A DNA stretch of 64,000 bases from Cenococcum geophilum (taxonomy: Eukaryota), in contig CP158635.1 of NCBI GenBank assembly GCA_050273025.1, positions 26,350,001 to 26,414,000 on the forward strand, in the 5' to 3' direction. The translations under genes and the position numbers were made by a program. How positions within the stretch are numbered: the first letter of the stretch is position 1; each line of letters begins with the position of its first letter. Shown piece after piece: positions 50,297-62,284 of this stretch. The notes below the pieces were generated by a model that worked only from the letters and a program-made list of their open reading frames with translations, was not told the DNA's origin and made no database searches.

Positions 50297-52955
50297 CCAG
50301 GAGGAAATCCAATCTACCACCTCGCTACGCGAGGTGGCGTCTCGCTGTCTCGACTTAGGTGGCCTTTCGCTATTTTAACTTAGGTGGCCTTTATATAATT
50401 TACATAATTAATCACGTAATGTATATTAATAATAGCTATTTACATCGTTGTAGTCGTTATCTTCTTCTTTAAGCAATAGTACTAGCACTACTATTACTAC
50501 TATTACCACTACCACCGTTACTGCTGCCGCTCCTACTTCTACTCCTACTTCTACTCCCACTACTACTACTACCGCTACCACTACTATTACTACTATATTA
50601 TAAAAGTAAAACTTCTAGATATATAATATTGTCCGTTTCTATTTAATTTTGGGGAAGTAGTACTAAAATACTATTTATGGTAGTAACCCAAGATAGTGTA
50701 ATATAGAGCTAACTATATATAAAAACCAGTATCCGTAAATTAACGCCTATAAAGTTAAAAGACTAACCTTATAACTTATTTACGGTCATCGCAAAAGATA
50801 AACGGATAGGAAACTGCCGTCGACTAATAATAAACAGCAGCTTGCCTTTTATAGAAGATAGCTTAATTTACGGGATAACCTATAGCTAGTTAGTGAAGGT
50901 GCCAGTAAAAATATAGGCTTTAAAATAGCGGCGGCTTATCTAGATAAAAACTATATGGGTACTGTTATAGAGACCCTCTTTAAGATATAGGTTCCGTAAA
51001 AGGATTATTAGAGCGCTAACCTTAAGATAGAGCTATGCGGGAAGAAGGCCTATATGGTTAAAGCTCTATAAAAGCTTTAAGGGGAAAGTATTATTAGTAT
51101 TCGGATTGTTCTATTTTATAGTATCTATAGAGTAAAAAACGGACTTAGGGCTATTAAGGGAGTGGAGAATAGTATTATTAATAGCAGTAACGGTATTGTT
51201 ACGGATAGTTAAGACAGTACGGCTATAAAATGTATAGAGATTAGTATATACCTACTATAAAAGAGCGGGAGGGTAAATAAAGTTAATAAAAGGCTATAGG
51301 CTGGTAAACTAGGTAATACCGGCAGGCAGCTAGATACGGCTAGTAAGAGTAGGGTTATAAGAAAGACTATAGACCTAGGTAGCAAAGCGCTAATTTAGCT
51401 CGCCTTCTAAAACGCGTATATTTTAGCGTAGCGATAGAATACAGAGGGAAGGCTATAAAAAGGGCCTGGACGGTTACTATCTGAGAAGAAGAGAAAGGAA
51501 TAACAAGAGAATTATATAATTAAATAGTTAGGGGCTTGGTGGTCGATGCGTGCGCACGTGCGCACGCGGTCTTCGACGGACTTCGGTAGAATTCGATTAA
51601 TCTGGCAGAATTCGGTCAAAGCGTCGGAATTCATCTGTCGAGTGTTTCACCGAGACATTCCTACTGTAACTGGGCTAGTCCCGTTACAACGCTACACATA
51701 CTTAGGGAAACCCCTTCCTTACCTCGTAGCTAGATACCTCATTTTCCTTAAGGATTTGTCTATTCTCGCAATATACTCTATTATTCTATTAATTAAACCT
51801 TTTATTTATATCTTACTTTGTAATATAATATAAGGAACTTTACATTAAATATATTTAAAACTAAATTAAAGCGTATTTAAAATACGTTAAAAACTTACTT
51901 TAATCTAATATTACGACTTTATTTAACTCTCTTAAAGTATACTATTTACTAAACTAAGAGTACTATCTTTTAAATTAATTTTAGATCTATTTTTATTATT
52001 ATTAAAGAAATCTAGTAGTTAGTAATAATTAGATAAATCTATTTAAATTAGATTATATTCCAAATACGTTATAAATATGTTATAACTAGTTACCTATAAT
52101 AGTTGGTTCTATTTTAGAGCTAAGAGGTAAGTTATATAGTAGGATAAGTGATTTAGGCTCGGTTGACCACGTAATCTTATATTTTGAGCTGAGGCTGCCC
52201 CGTGCAGGGATTGTGCATTTTAGCGCTTACTATATTAAGGCTGGGCACGAAGAGAGCCAAGGATTTCGAAGGGGCTAGACCTCTCGTTGCAGCTGCGAGC
52301 TGAAGCGGCCTGAACATATCGAACCCAAAACCAACTTCAACTGCTCCAGCTCTAGCTATCCGCTCAGGTGGATCCTCAGCTGCACACTTCGGCCTGTCAA
52401 ATGGTTAACTCTAGACTTATTATTTGCGCTTAACTGGGTATGGTAAGGTGAGTGCCAAGAGCTCACAGGACAAGCGGGGTAGAATTCCAACAGGGGAAGC
52501 CGTTTTGAAAGCGACTGTGCCAATAATATCAACGTGGCAATGGACATTATGATGAGGTGAAGAGCATCTCCGATCACCCAGCGTGAAGAGCCACGAGCTT
52601 TTAGAAGGACTACAGCTTCGAATGGATTCCGGCATGATCGCAGCATCAGGATCCACCAGAAGGTTGCTTGTTGATCTCGCTCACTTCGATCAGTGACCTT
52701 CAGCTCGAGCACACTGTGACACGGTGTCCGATATTGGCAAGCCCAGCTGAGCAGCCACCCAACTCGCTCTTTCTTTTCATTCTTCTGCACCAATACTAAA
52801 CCTGCCAGTGCAATTAAGCCGTTTCTGTGTTTGAGTTCAACCATGCTCTGCTTGCACTAGAAAGATGGAGGGTATCGATTGTACTAAGTGAAGGTAGATT
52901 CATCTTGCGGTACGAGTGGGTGGCACGAACCTTTGAACGGCTTATAATAACATCG

Positions 52956-53243
52956 CTATCCGGACCGTCGAGCAGCTTCTCCTAGCACATTTTCCAAGCT
53001 CTTGATCTCGCCTTGTAGGCGTGTAATGTCGTTTTTGGCATCGACGACAGCGATGACGCTTGCTGTTACCGGCAAGTAAAGCCGCAGGACTAACGACGGA
53101 TAGATTTGGAACATGTACTCTTTATTGGGGAGTTTCTGAAGTGCAGAATGCCCAGATACCGTGCGCAAGCCACCACCGGTGCCCCGATAGGCCCGATCCC
53201 CGATGTTTACTATAGGCGCGCTATATTTAATAATGGAGAACAC
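52956..53243 (-). pseudogene. possible fragment of a fungal STAND/NACHT N-terminal helical domain gene
   Basis: GC-balanced patch. ASVIAVVDAKNDITRLQGEIKSLENVL resembles such N-terminal domains, but there is no complete gene model. Confidence 0.3.
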
Positions 53244-53507
53244 GGCCTCCCTTACTATTACCTGTAAGGTTTACTAAGTATTATTAAAATGTAGGGTTAT
53301 TAAAATAGATTTTCTAGATTTTTTTTATTTTTTATCTTTTACTTAGTTATAAATCTCTATTACTATATCTATTTCTTTAATTAAGAAATTATATAGTAAA
53401 CTTACCTTCTTTATAAAACTTTATAAACTATAACTATTATATATTAAGCTTTAAACTAGTTCTAAATAGTATAAAATAAGAATTTTTTAATTTCTACTCT
53501 ATATTAG

Positions 53508-53635
53508 TATAAGGTAATAGGCTCTATACTACCTAGCTATAGTATAACCCTAAAAGGTAAGTAAGTAACTAGTAAGATGCTAGGTATAGCGATATGGAAC
53601 AATATATATAGGCGAGGTAACTTTATTATCTAACA
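53508..53635 (-). mobile_element. solo LTR of the TRIM family
   Basis: Reverse complement aligns to 43740-43866; TSD ATTAG (53503-53507 / 53636-53640). Confidence 0.85.
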
Positions 53636-54076
53636 ATTAGTATTATAAACTTCTTTAAGCTTAAAAAATATAGTATCTCTAAATTTAGTATATAGCTAGA
53701 TTATTATTTAATTTATTATCTTTTTATTGTCCTTTAGCTTATACTATTTTTATATTTTAAAACTAGCTAACTTTATTAGCTTTTAATTTTATTTAAATTT
53801 ATCTACTTCTTTTATTACTAACTATTATAGATTAACTAAGTAGTTATAAATAAATTTTATTACTAACTATTAACTATACTAAGTATATTAACGCGTAATA
53901 GATTAAGACGTTTAACTAGGAAATAAAATAGGTTTAGGTAGATATAGTTAAAATATAAAGGCTATTATAGTATATATATAAGTATTACAGGATAAGTATA
54001 AGTATGGGTAGGAATATAAGAATAGGTAAGTCCTATAATATATACTAATATTAAAAGTAATTACTATAAAGGGTTT

Positions 54077-56139
54077 TGTTCGGATCACGGTAGGGGGGGG
54101 TTTTTAGTCTTAATTGATTTCTTACTTTTCTTTTCTCTACTTCTATAGGTGGAATTTGGTGGATCTCCTGAGCTCGCTTAGCTTATATAGTTAACCCAAT
54201 TAGTTATAAGTAACTGTGTCTACTATATTATAGAACCTTATTTAGACACTGGTAATAACTAGGAAATAAGAGAGAGAATAAAATAATACTAGTAAATAAG
54301 TCCGTAGTCTCTATCCCTCTCCCTTTACAAACTCGGTCTAAAACGCCTCTGCCTTAGGGTCGCCGTAATAGCTAGGATAGGGTTCTATATTAAGATAGAA
54401 GTTAGAGGTATCCCCTTAGTTATCGTCGTTATTATTAGTATCGCCGTTACTGCCCTTAAAATTGGAGATGTATTAACGTATTCTTTAGTCCCTTTCTTCC
54501 TTTATATGGTTCGTAGACTAATATCCCGATTTACTGCATATAAAGCACTTTTTACCCTTATTACGGTATTGACGATTAGGGGGGTAATATTGTCGGTTAG
54601 AGGAGTGGTATTATCGGTCGGTATAAAATAATTTAATCTCTAGTTCTTGTTTACCGTACGTTACGATTAAGGATTTAATATCGCTAATAAGGCCGGTAAG
54701 GGTAGTAGCGGGTTAAAAGTAGGCTGGTTTATAGGCTGGTATGTCTTGGTATATAGTAAGGAGCTTATTATAGAATATCGTGTCGTTTTAGAGGTCCTTT
54801 GCTAACCTATATTGTAGCTACCATATCTTATTAATTAATATCTAAAATGCTTGGCCTATATTAAGTCCTTTTTAAGTAGTAACTTATTTAAGCGTAATTG
54901 CATTCCACTTTAATAGGATATTACATTTGTATTCGTTGCCTTCAAAGTATAATTTAAGGCCTATATATACGTTCTTAAGGAGGTTAAGATCTTTAAGGTA
55001 GGTGAAGTAATATTTAAGAGTAAGGCCGCGGAGTATAGTTGGAATAGTAATGATATAGGCCTGCTTAGGGACGCCGGCTCGGAGGCAGTAGTTTTAGAAG
55101 ATCTTAAACTTAAAATCGAAGTTATCTTGTTTGCTAAAGTATTTAACTTCGTCTATATAGAGCTTAGCTAAGTTAGTGATCTCTCTTTTGAAGCTTCCTT
55201 ATAGGGCAAGCTGGTCTATAGCTTAGGTGATTTATGCTAGAGTCCGGGGGGTAGTTGCTGGGGTTGGCTAAATAATTTGAACGGGAGCAGTTGATAGTAA
55301 TAGTAGATCTAAGGTAGGGTCGTCGGTAGGGTCGTCAGTAGGGCCGTCAGTAGGGCCGTCGGTAGGGTCGTCAGTAGGGTCGTTAGTAGGCCATTTTAAG
55401 GGAGTTGGTTCGAGAATAGTTCCTAAGAGGCCGTCTGTAATTAACTTCCTTGCCTCTTTCCGTACGTATACGCTATTTTTACGGAGGTAATCCCTGATCT
55501 TCTTTAATTAATCCTTGCTAAGGTTATTAAGTATATCCCTTATAAATAACTTAAAATTGTTAATAAAGCTCTCCTATAGGTCAAATCCCTTCCATCTATT
55601 CTCCTTATATATTGATAAGCGCCAATTAACGAATGCTTTAACTTCCTTAATGTTAGTTACGGTCGCGTTAATTCCAGTCTCCTATTTTTCGGTATCTATC
55701 GCGGAGGTAGATTTTTTAATATTTATCGCGGAGGTAGCCATCTTTTAGTTCCGTAGTTAATTTAACAGTTAGACTAGAAGCGTAGAAATAACTATAAACT
55801 AGTTGTTCTAAAGGCGTAATAGACGTAGGTTAAAAGCGCGAGGAACCTTATAAACTGGCCTTTAGGCTTAGCAAGCAGTAGCTTAATTCTTAGCCTTTGA
55901 CAAGAGGTCTAGAGAATTAGATAGTGCCTCTTTTTATTATACCTTACTAATCTATACGGCACTAATTAGTGTTTAGATCACGGTAGGGGGGGTTTTAGTC
56001 TTAATTAATTTCTTGCTTTTCTTTTCTTTACTTCTATAGGTGGAATTTAGTGGATCTCCTAAGCTTGCTTAGCTTACGTGGTTAACCTAATTAGTTATAA
56101 GTAACCGTGTCTACTATATTATAGAACCTTATTTAGACA
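54077..56139 (-). mobile_element. gag-only Copia-related LTR element (2.06 kb)
   Basis: LTRs at 54077-54248 and 55970-56139; TSD GGTTT. gag relic from about 55742 (EITNLAKLY..KYFSKQDNFDFKFKIF, homologous to the Copia gag at about 27220). No pol. Confidence 0.85.
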
Positions 56140-57549
56140 GGTTTTTTTTAATATAATTATTAGAAGATAATTATAACTTTTTTTAACTTTTACTTTATAT
56201 ACGCTATTATTAATAGTAGTAATAGCCCTTTTATAGTAGGGTCTCTAAATTTAATTTTAGATTCTTTTACTATAATTAGAAGTTTATTATATATAGTTAA
56301 CGCTTTTACTACTGCTTATATATTATTTTACTCTTTAAGGTAATTAAAAATAAAGCCCTTTACTATTCCTTAATATTAAGGAGATTATAAAGAAATAAAT
56401 AGATAGTATAAGGTAAGGATATATATAAGGAGTCCAATTAATAGAATAATAGGGTATATTATATAAATAGATAAATCTTTAAGGGAAAAGAGGAGTCTAA
56501 GTATAAGGTAAAAAAGGGCTTTTTTTATATATATATAACGTATATACCTTATAGGCGAGTTATTTCTAAATTACCCTAGGTCACTTATACCTTATAGCTA
56601 TATAACTATTTACTTAGGTTTTATCTAATAGATAGTAATTAATATAAAAAGGTTTAATAGTAGATTTATTAATTTTAATAAGTATAATTGTATAATTATA
56701 GCACCTGTTATACTAACCGCGTGCTTATGCGTTTGGTACGCCGAGTACGCGTTTACGCGTTTGGTGCACCAACTACCCGCTTACGCGTCTAGTGCACTTC
56801 TAAAGCACTAACTAATTAGAGGGAAGGCGTATTAGTATATAGACTACGTAGTCTGCTTTATACAATTGATAGTTATTACTATCCTAAAGAGTATACGATA
56901 CTATATGTATTTCGTGCCCCGGGATATAACTCACTTATACTATTAAGTTGGTATAAATACTAATTAGTAAGCGCGTATAGATTAGCAATTACTTAATACC
57001 TCCCCCCAAGCGATATATAACAGCGACTACCTATTTAATCCTAGTATAACCTACTAGAAGGTTGGAAGTTGGGGATTATAGACCTATTACTAACTCTATA
57101 TACTTATTTAAGTCTTAGTACGGTTTACTGGAAGTTTATAAACGCGAATACAGACCTATACAGAACCCCTTACCCTTAAACCTTAAACCCCTATTTCTAC
57201 TACACCCTCCTTTAATACCCCTAACCTCTCTTTAGACCCCTTATAGAGACCTCTTACCCTCCTATAAAGTGTTACGGACCTATTAATTACCTTTACGGAC
57301 TATTATGGAGACCTCTTACCCTTCCGCGAACTGTTACGGACCTGCTAACCGCCCTTACGGACTCTATAAGACCTCTACCACCTGCTACGTACTATACTAT
57401 ACTATATAGTATGGCAGATATTAATAAGTAAGTTAATAAAGGCTAAAAGAAGTAGAGCTAGGGAGTTAACCTTATGTCCGCAAATAACGTTAATAACTAT
57501 ATTAAATTTAAAATCCTTAAATATAGATATTATAATTTTATAAATAATA

Positions 57550-58571
57550 TTATTATTATTTGTTTATTGCTTAACGTCTAATACGGATCCTATATGGCCT
57601 ACGCAGACTACTCCGTATACAGGGGAAACTTATAAATTTATAAGAAGAAAACCCCTGATATATTGGGGGAGGAAAAACCCTATAAGCTACCTCAGTAGGA
57701 TAAAAAACCCCGAATTGCTATGCCTGTACGAGTAGCGGCCCTACGGGCCTACAGCTCGTCCTCCTCCTTGGATGTTTTAAACTCCTTAGGAACTACTGCT
57801 TCCTTCTTTAGCTTATCTAAAGCTAGGGTTTACTATGTCCTAGCTAGGCCTTGCCGATTGATTGCTATACGCTTATAGTTGTGCCCTGTATCTTAACTAC
57901 CCCCTATATGCTGTCTCTTATTAACTATTGCTATATGCGCTATACCTCCCCCCCCCTTAAGGCCTATCGAAGGCGTAAGGGGGATTTATCTGTTCTACTA
58001 TCCTAAAACTAAAAAATAAAAGCGGGATGTGTGTGTGTGTATTTGGGTATCTTTTATACCTAGGCCCTAGTCACTAGGCCCTCTCTAAGGGCATTACTCT
58101 GTTGAGAGGAGATAAGGAAAACCGTACGGGGTTATCTAGCTGCCGCTTTCAGTAGTATTATAGCAGTACAGCGAGTGACCGCATGCTCCGCGGGCGATCG
58201 CCTTAGGGGTTGGGAGGGGCCGTATATTTACTCGTTTGTTTATTCGCGCTTGTTTATCCGTTGATATAAGGTTGTCAATGCTTTCTACTGGGGGTTGGGG
58301 GATGCTATCGAAAACTGTACATCTATATTAGATTGTATAGGTGCCCTGGATAGAATAGTGTAGTAGTCGTCGTATTGTAGAGAGCTAACAGTAGTGGTTT
58401 TCAAGATCTCACTATCTAAAAACTTTTCACCACCGCCCTTAACGCCCACAACTACCACCAGGTCCTGTCCGCACGCTGTGCGACGTCTCTGCGTTGGCTC
58501 TGGATCTGAACTTTGAAGACTAGGTTTGTAGCCGTTACCACGTATAGGTGTAGAGTCCGATTTTGATGGCT
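57550..58571 (-). mobile_element. non-autonomous retroposon copy C (~1.02 kb), same head, different body, Tad-like tail
   Basis: TSD (T)AAATAATA (57542-57549 / 58572-58579); removal restores the gag frame. Tail GAGTAGTCTGCGTAGGCC..GGATCCGTATTAGACGTTAAGCAATAAA(CAA)(TAA)n matches the LINE end at 22999-23060. Confidence 0.85.
58487..58571 (-). ncRNA. HDV-like ribozyme fold, copy C
   Basis: Minus strand: AGCCATC-AAAATCGGA-CTCTAC-ACC-TATACGT-GGT-AACGGCT-AC-(P4)-GCCAAC-GCAGAG. Confidence 0.75.
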
Positions 58572-59838
58572 AAATAATAATATATAGAAACAGTATAAAG
58601 AAGACTTTATGGACTTTATGGAAGCTATCTTTAAGACCTATAAACTTATAATTATCCACAACCTATAAACCTTCCTTTATAATTAAGGTATATGGGTTAA
58701 AAAAGATAAGTAGGTTATTATTATATAGTCTCTATATAATACATTATATAAAGAGAACTAAATAGAGTGGACTAAAGAGGAAATCCTAGACTAGGTTAAA
58801 GCTACTAAAGAACTCTTTACTTTTTCTAAACTTAATGGGATTACTAGCCTTATACCTAACCTACTTAACTAAATTTGTCCTATAAACCTAAGCAGTTTTA
58901 GAATTAATCTTACTAACTAAAGTATACCTAGTACTTAAGTTACGGACCGTAATACCCCCGTAACCCAAATTACGGACTATAATACCCCTATAAACTAAAA
59001 TACGGACTAAAACACTTCCGTTACTTAAGTTATAAATCTATAAACTACCTAAGTAAAGACCTATGGTAAGGAGCTAGCTAACCTAGCTAAGCTCTATACC
59101 GACGAATCTAAGTATAGCGGTAAAAATAATAACTTTAACTTTAAACTGACTATCTTTATAGACCTCTATTAGAAGGCCGATATTCCTAAATAGGAGTTTA
59201 GCTAAGCCTACTTTACTATACTGCGCGGCCTAGCACTTAACCACTACTATACTAATCTTAAGAGTAACCCCCTTAGTGTTCCCTTTAATAAGCTATGCGA
59301 AGCTATACGTAACTACTTTAAAGGACCGGAATATAAGTGTAATATCCTTACCTAATGGAATATAACTAAGTTATGGACCGTAATAGACAAGAATACTAAA
59401 AAATCGACTATAGAGTGCCTGCAAATCCTTATTAAAGACCTCCGCTACCTATAGCATGGTTTTAATATTAAGCTTTAAATAAACGACTTCCTGTATAATA
59501 AACTTATTACGGCTTGCTAGGAAATAGAACTTTATAAATACGCCTATTATAAGCCTGTAGATACTATAGCTAGCCTTATTAATGATTTACGGTCCTCTAT
59601 TATAACGTATAAAGCCTTAAACCCACTAGGCAGTACTTAAGCCTTTATTATAAATATTTAATATCCGTAAATAAACTTAGACGTCTACTTTATGGACCGC
59701 CGCTACCGCTAACAGCACCCGTACCGACTAAGTCCTACCTATAACCCCCGCAGCAACCCCTATATAAAAGTATACCCCTATAGACGAACTAGCTAGAAGT
59801 ACTTTATATACGGTAAGGAAGAATATTAGTTTATAAGG

Positions 59839-62284
59839 TGTCTGTACAAGTAGAGGTTATAAATTGTATTACGCGTAGAGCGTATACGGTAGGGGCCGTA
59901 TAGCGTAGCGTAGGTCACCCGACCACCTACGGCCCGATAGATAGCCCGACCTTTACTACCCCTTTCTTTCTCTTTTGGTAGATAAGATAAGAATACGAAT
60001 AAAGAACCAGTTACCTTATATTGTAATTATAGTACCCCCCAGGTAATACTGACACTAATTAGTAATATTACAGATTAGAGCCCGGTGTTATTATAAAGAG
60101 AGATAATACCCGATCGCTCCTACCAAGGCCCGTTAATCGTGTCGCGTTTACTAAGGAGAACCCTTCCTGTATAGGCCCTAGGAATTTAAAGAACTAACTC
60201 CTACTAAGGCTTTATCCGGTTCGCGTCTACCACGCAAATTAATACCTAGTACGACCTCTTTACTAAGCGCTAGTACACCCTATAACCTAGCAGCGTTAGT
60301 AGTACCCCCTACCTACGCCACGATCTATACTAGTTATATCCGACATAGAAACCTAATATCTGAACTAGGGTAATAGGATCACCCTAACCGACGAGACTAC
60401 CGCAAAAGATATTACCAACTATATTAACTTTAAAATTAATAAGTATACTAAGCATAACTTTAAGGATAAAAACCTATAGGAAGCATACTAAGAGGACTTT
60501 AACAACTTTACAGTATAGATATTTAAGGACGCTAATAGGTCTAAAATTAGGGGACTTAAATAACTACTTTAACGCAATAAAGTATAGGTCTCTAATAAGA
60601 AAAGTAAGTTAGCACTATAAGCACTATACGACGTCGCCCATAAGGACAACCCTATAGAATAGTTAGATAAAGAAATTAAGCTATTTATTAATAATAAAGG
60701 ACCCTTTAATTTATACGTTATTAACCGCCGTCTTAAATCACGTTTATTAACTCCCTTAACAACACCTACCTTAACCCCAGCTGTCTTAAATAACCTCCCT
60801 ACAACCAAGCCTCCCTCGCCTATAAATGTCACGGCTCCCCCTATAAACGTTATAGCTCCTTCTATAGAAGCTAAAGCCACTACCTATAGTAGAGACTTAG
60901 TAACCTTAGTAAAGATATATATAGAGGAAAGCAAGTATAGTAGAGAGGATAATAACTTCAACCGCAAGCTTACAATTTTTAACAACCTTTATAATAGAGT
61001 TAATATACTACAAAAGGCAAAGATTAAAGGCTTTCCAATAATGCTACGTAGTATTACTTTTAACTTCTACTATAAAAATAAGGTAACCTATACCACCTTT
61101 AATAGCATCTATAACGCTATATGTAACTACTTTAAAGGACTAAAATATAAGCGTAGAGTTCTAATAAAGTGGAACGCTATAACTCTTAAGATAGTAATAA
61201 TAAAGAGTGAGGGCAAGTCTACAGAGGACTGCCTATAGCTATTACTTAACGACCTCCGTCACTTATAGTATGGTCTTAACGCTAACCTCCGTAATAACGA
61301 CTTCCTCTATAATAAGCTTATTATCGCTTACTAAGACATCGCTGCTTACTAGGCAGCTTACTCTAACCCACCTATTACACTTACCGGCCTTATAAACAGC
61401 CTACAATCGTTAATCATTACTTATAAGAAGATTAAGGGTATAGGATAGCCTACCGACGTATTCTTTACTAACCGTTGCTACTACCAATTGACGTCTTGAC
61501 TAAGTTCATTAAATAACTATTACGGCAATAATAACGCTAGGACGTGCTTTGTATGTAAGAAAGGTAACTGTTAGTTAACTAGGTATACTAAAAAAGAACG
61601 TAATAAAGTAAGAGAAGGATTTAAAAGACGTGTCTACCAGTACCTTGCGGATAATAATATTAATAACAATTTTGACAAGGATATAATAGCTATAGCACTT
61701 AATATATCAACTCCTAGCAGCAATCTCTTCTACAACGACTACGGTATTAAGCACTTTATGACTTCAAACGGACCAATACTAATTAAAACCGCTAAGAACA
61801 TAGTCACGTCTATAAATAACAACGCCTTTACCTATAGACTTACTGGTGGTGCAGAACCTAGGGGTATAGAACCTAGTATAGTAAGATACGGTAATAATAG
61901 TAATAGGAGTAGCAACGACAAGGGCAAGAGTGCTACCTACCTCTATAACAATAACCCTCCTAACCTTACCGTTGATATTGACTTCCTTAACTGCCACTTT
62001 AACGATAACGGGTAGGACTACGGATGCTTAGTTGTCAGCCCTTCCTTCCTTTTTGTAAATGTCGCCAGTATCTATATAAGTAGAGGTTGTAAATCGTATT
62101 ACGCGCAGAGCGTATGCGCTAGGGGCCGCATGGCGTAGCGTAGGTCACCCGACCACCTATGGCCCGATAGATAGCCCGACCTTTACTACCCCTTTCTTTC
62201 TCTTTTAGTAGATAAGACAAGAACATGAATAAAGAACCAGTTACCTTATATTGCAATTGCAGTACCCCCCAGGTAATACCGATA
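59839..62284 (+). mobile_element. gag-only Copia-related LTR element (2.45 kb) nested in Copia 2
   Basis: 216-bp LTRs at 59839-60054 and 62069-62284; TSD TAAGG. gag relic with CFVCKKGNC knuckle (about 61545) ending at about 62015. No pol. Confidence 0.9.

Noticed and set aside
50430..51660. RIPed coding-like stretch ending in a possible TIR (..ACATTCCTACTG-TA) with palindromes
   Set aside because: No partner TIR or recognisable protein motif found. Left unclassified.
52356..52844. 162-aa minus-strand ORF
   Set aside because: No recognisable domain or splice structure; cannot be supported as a gene.
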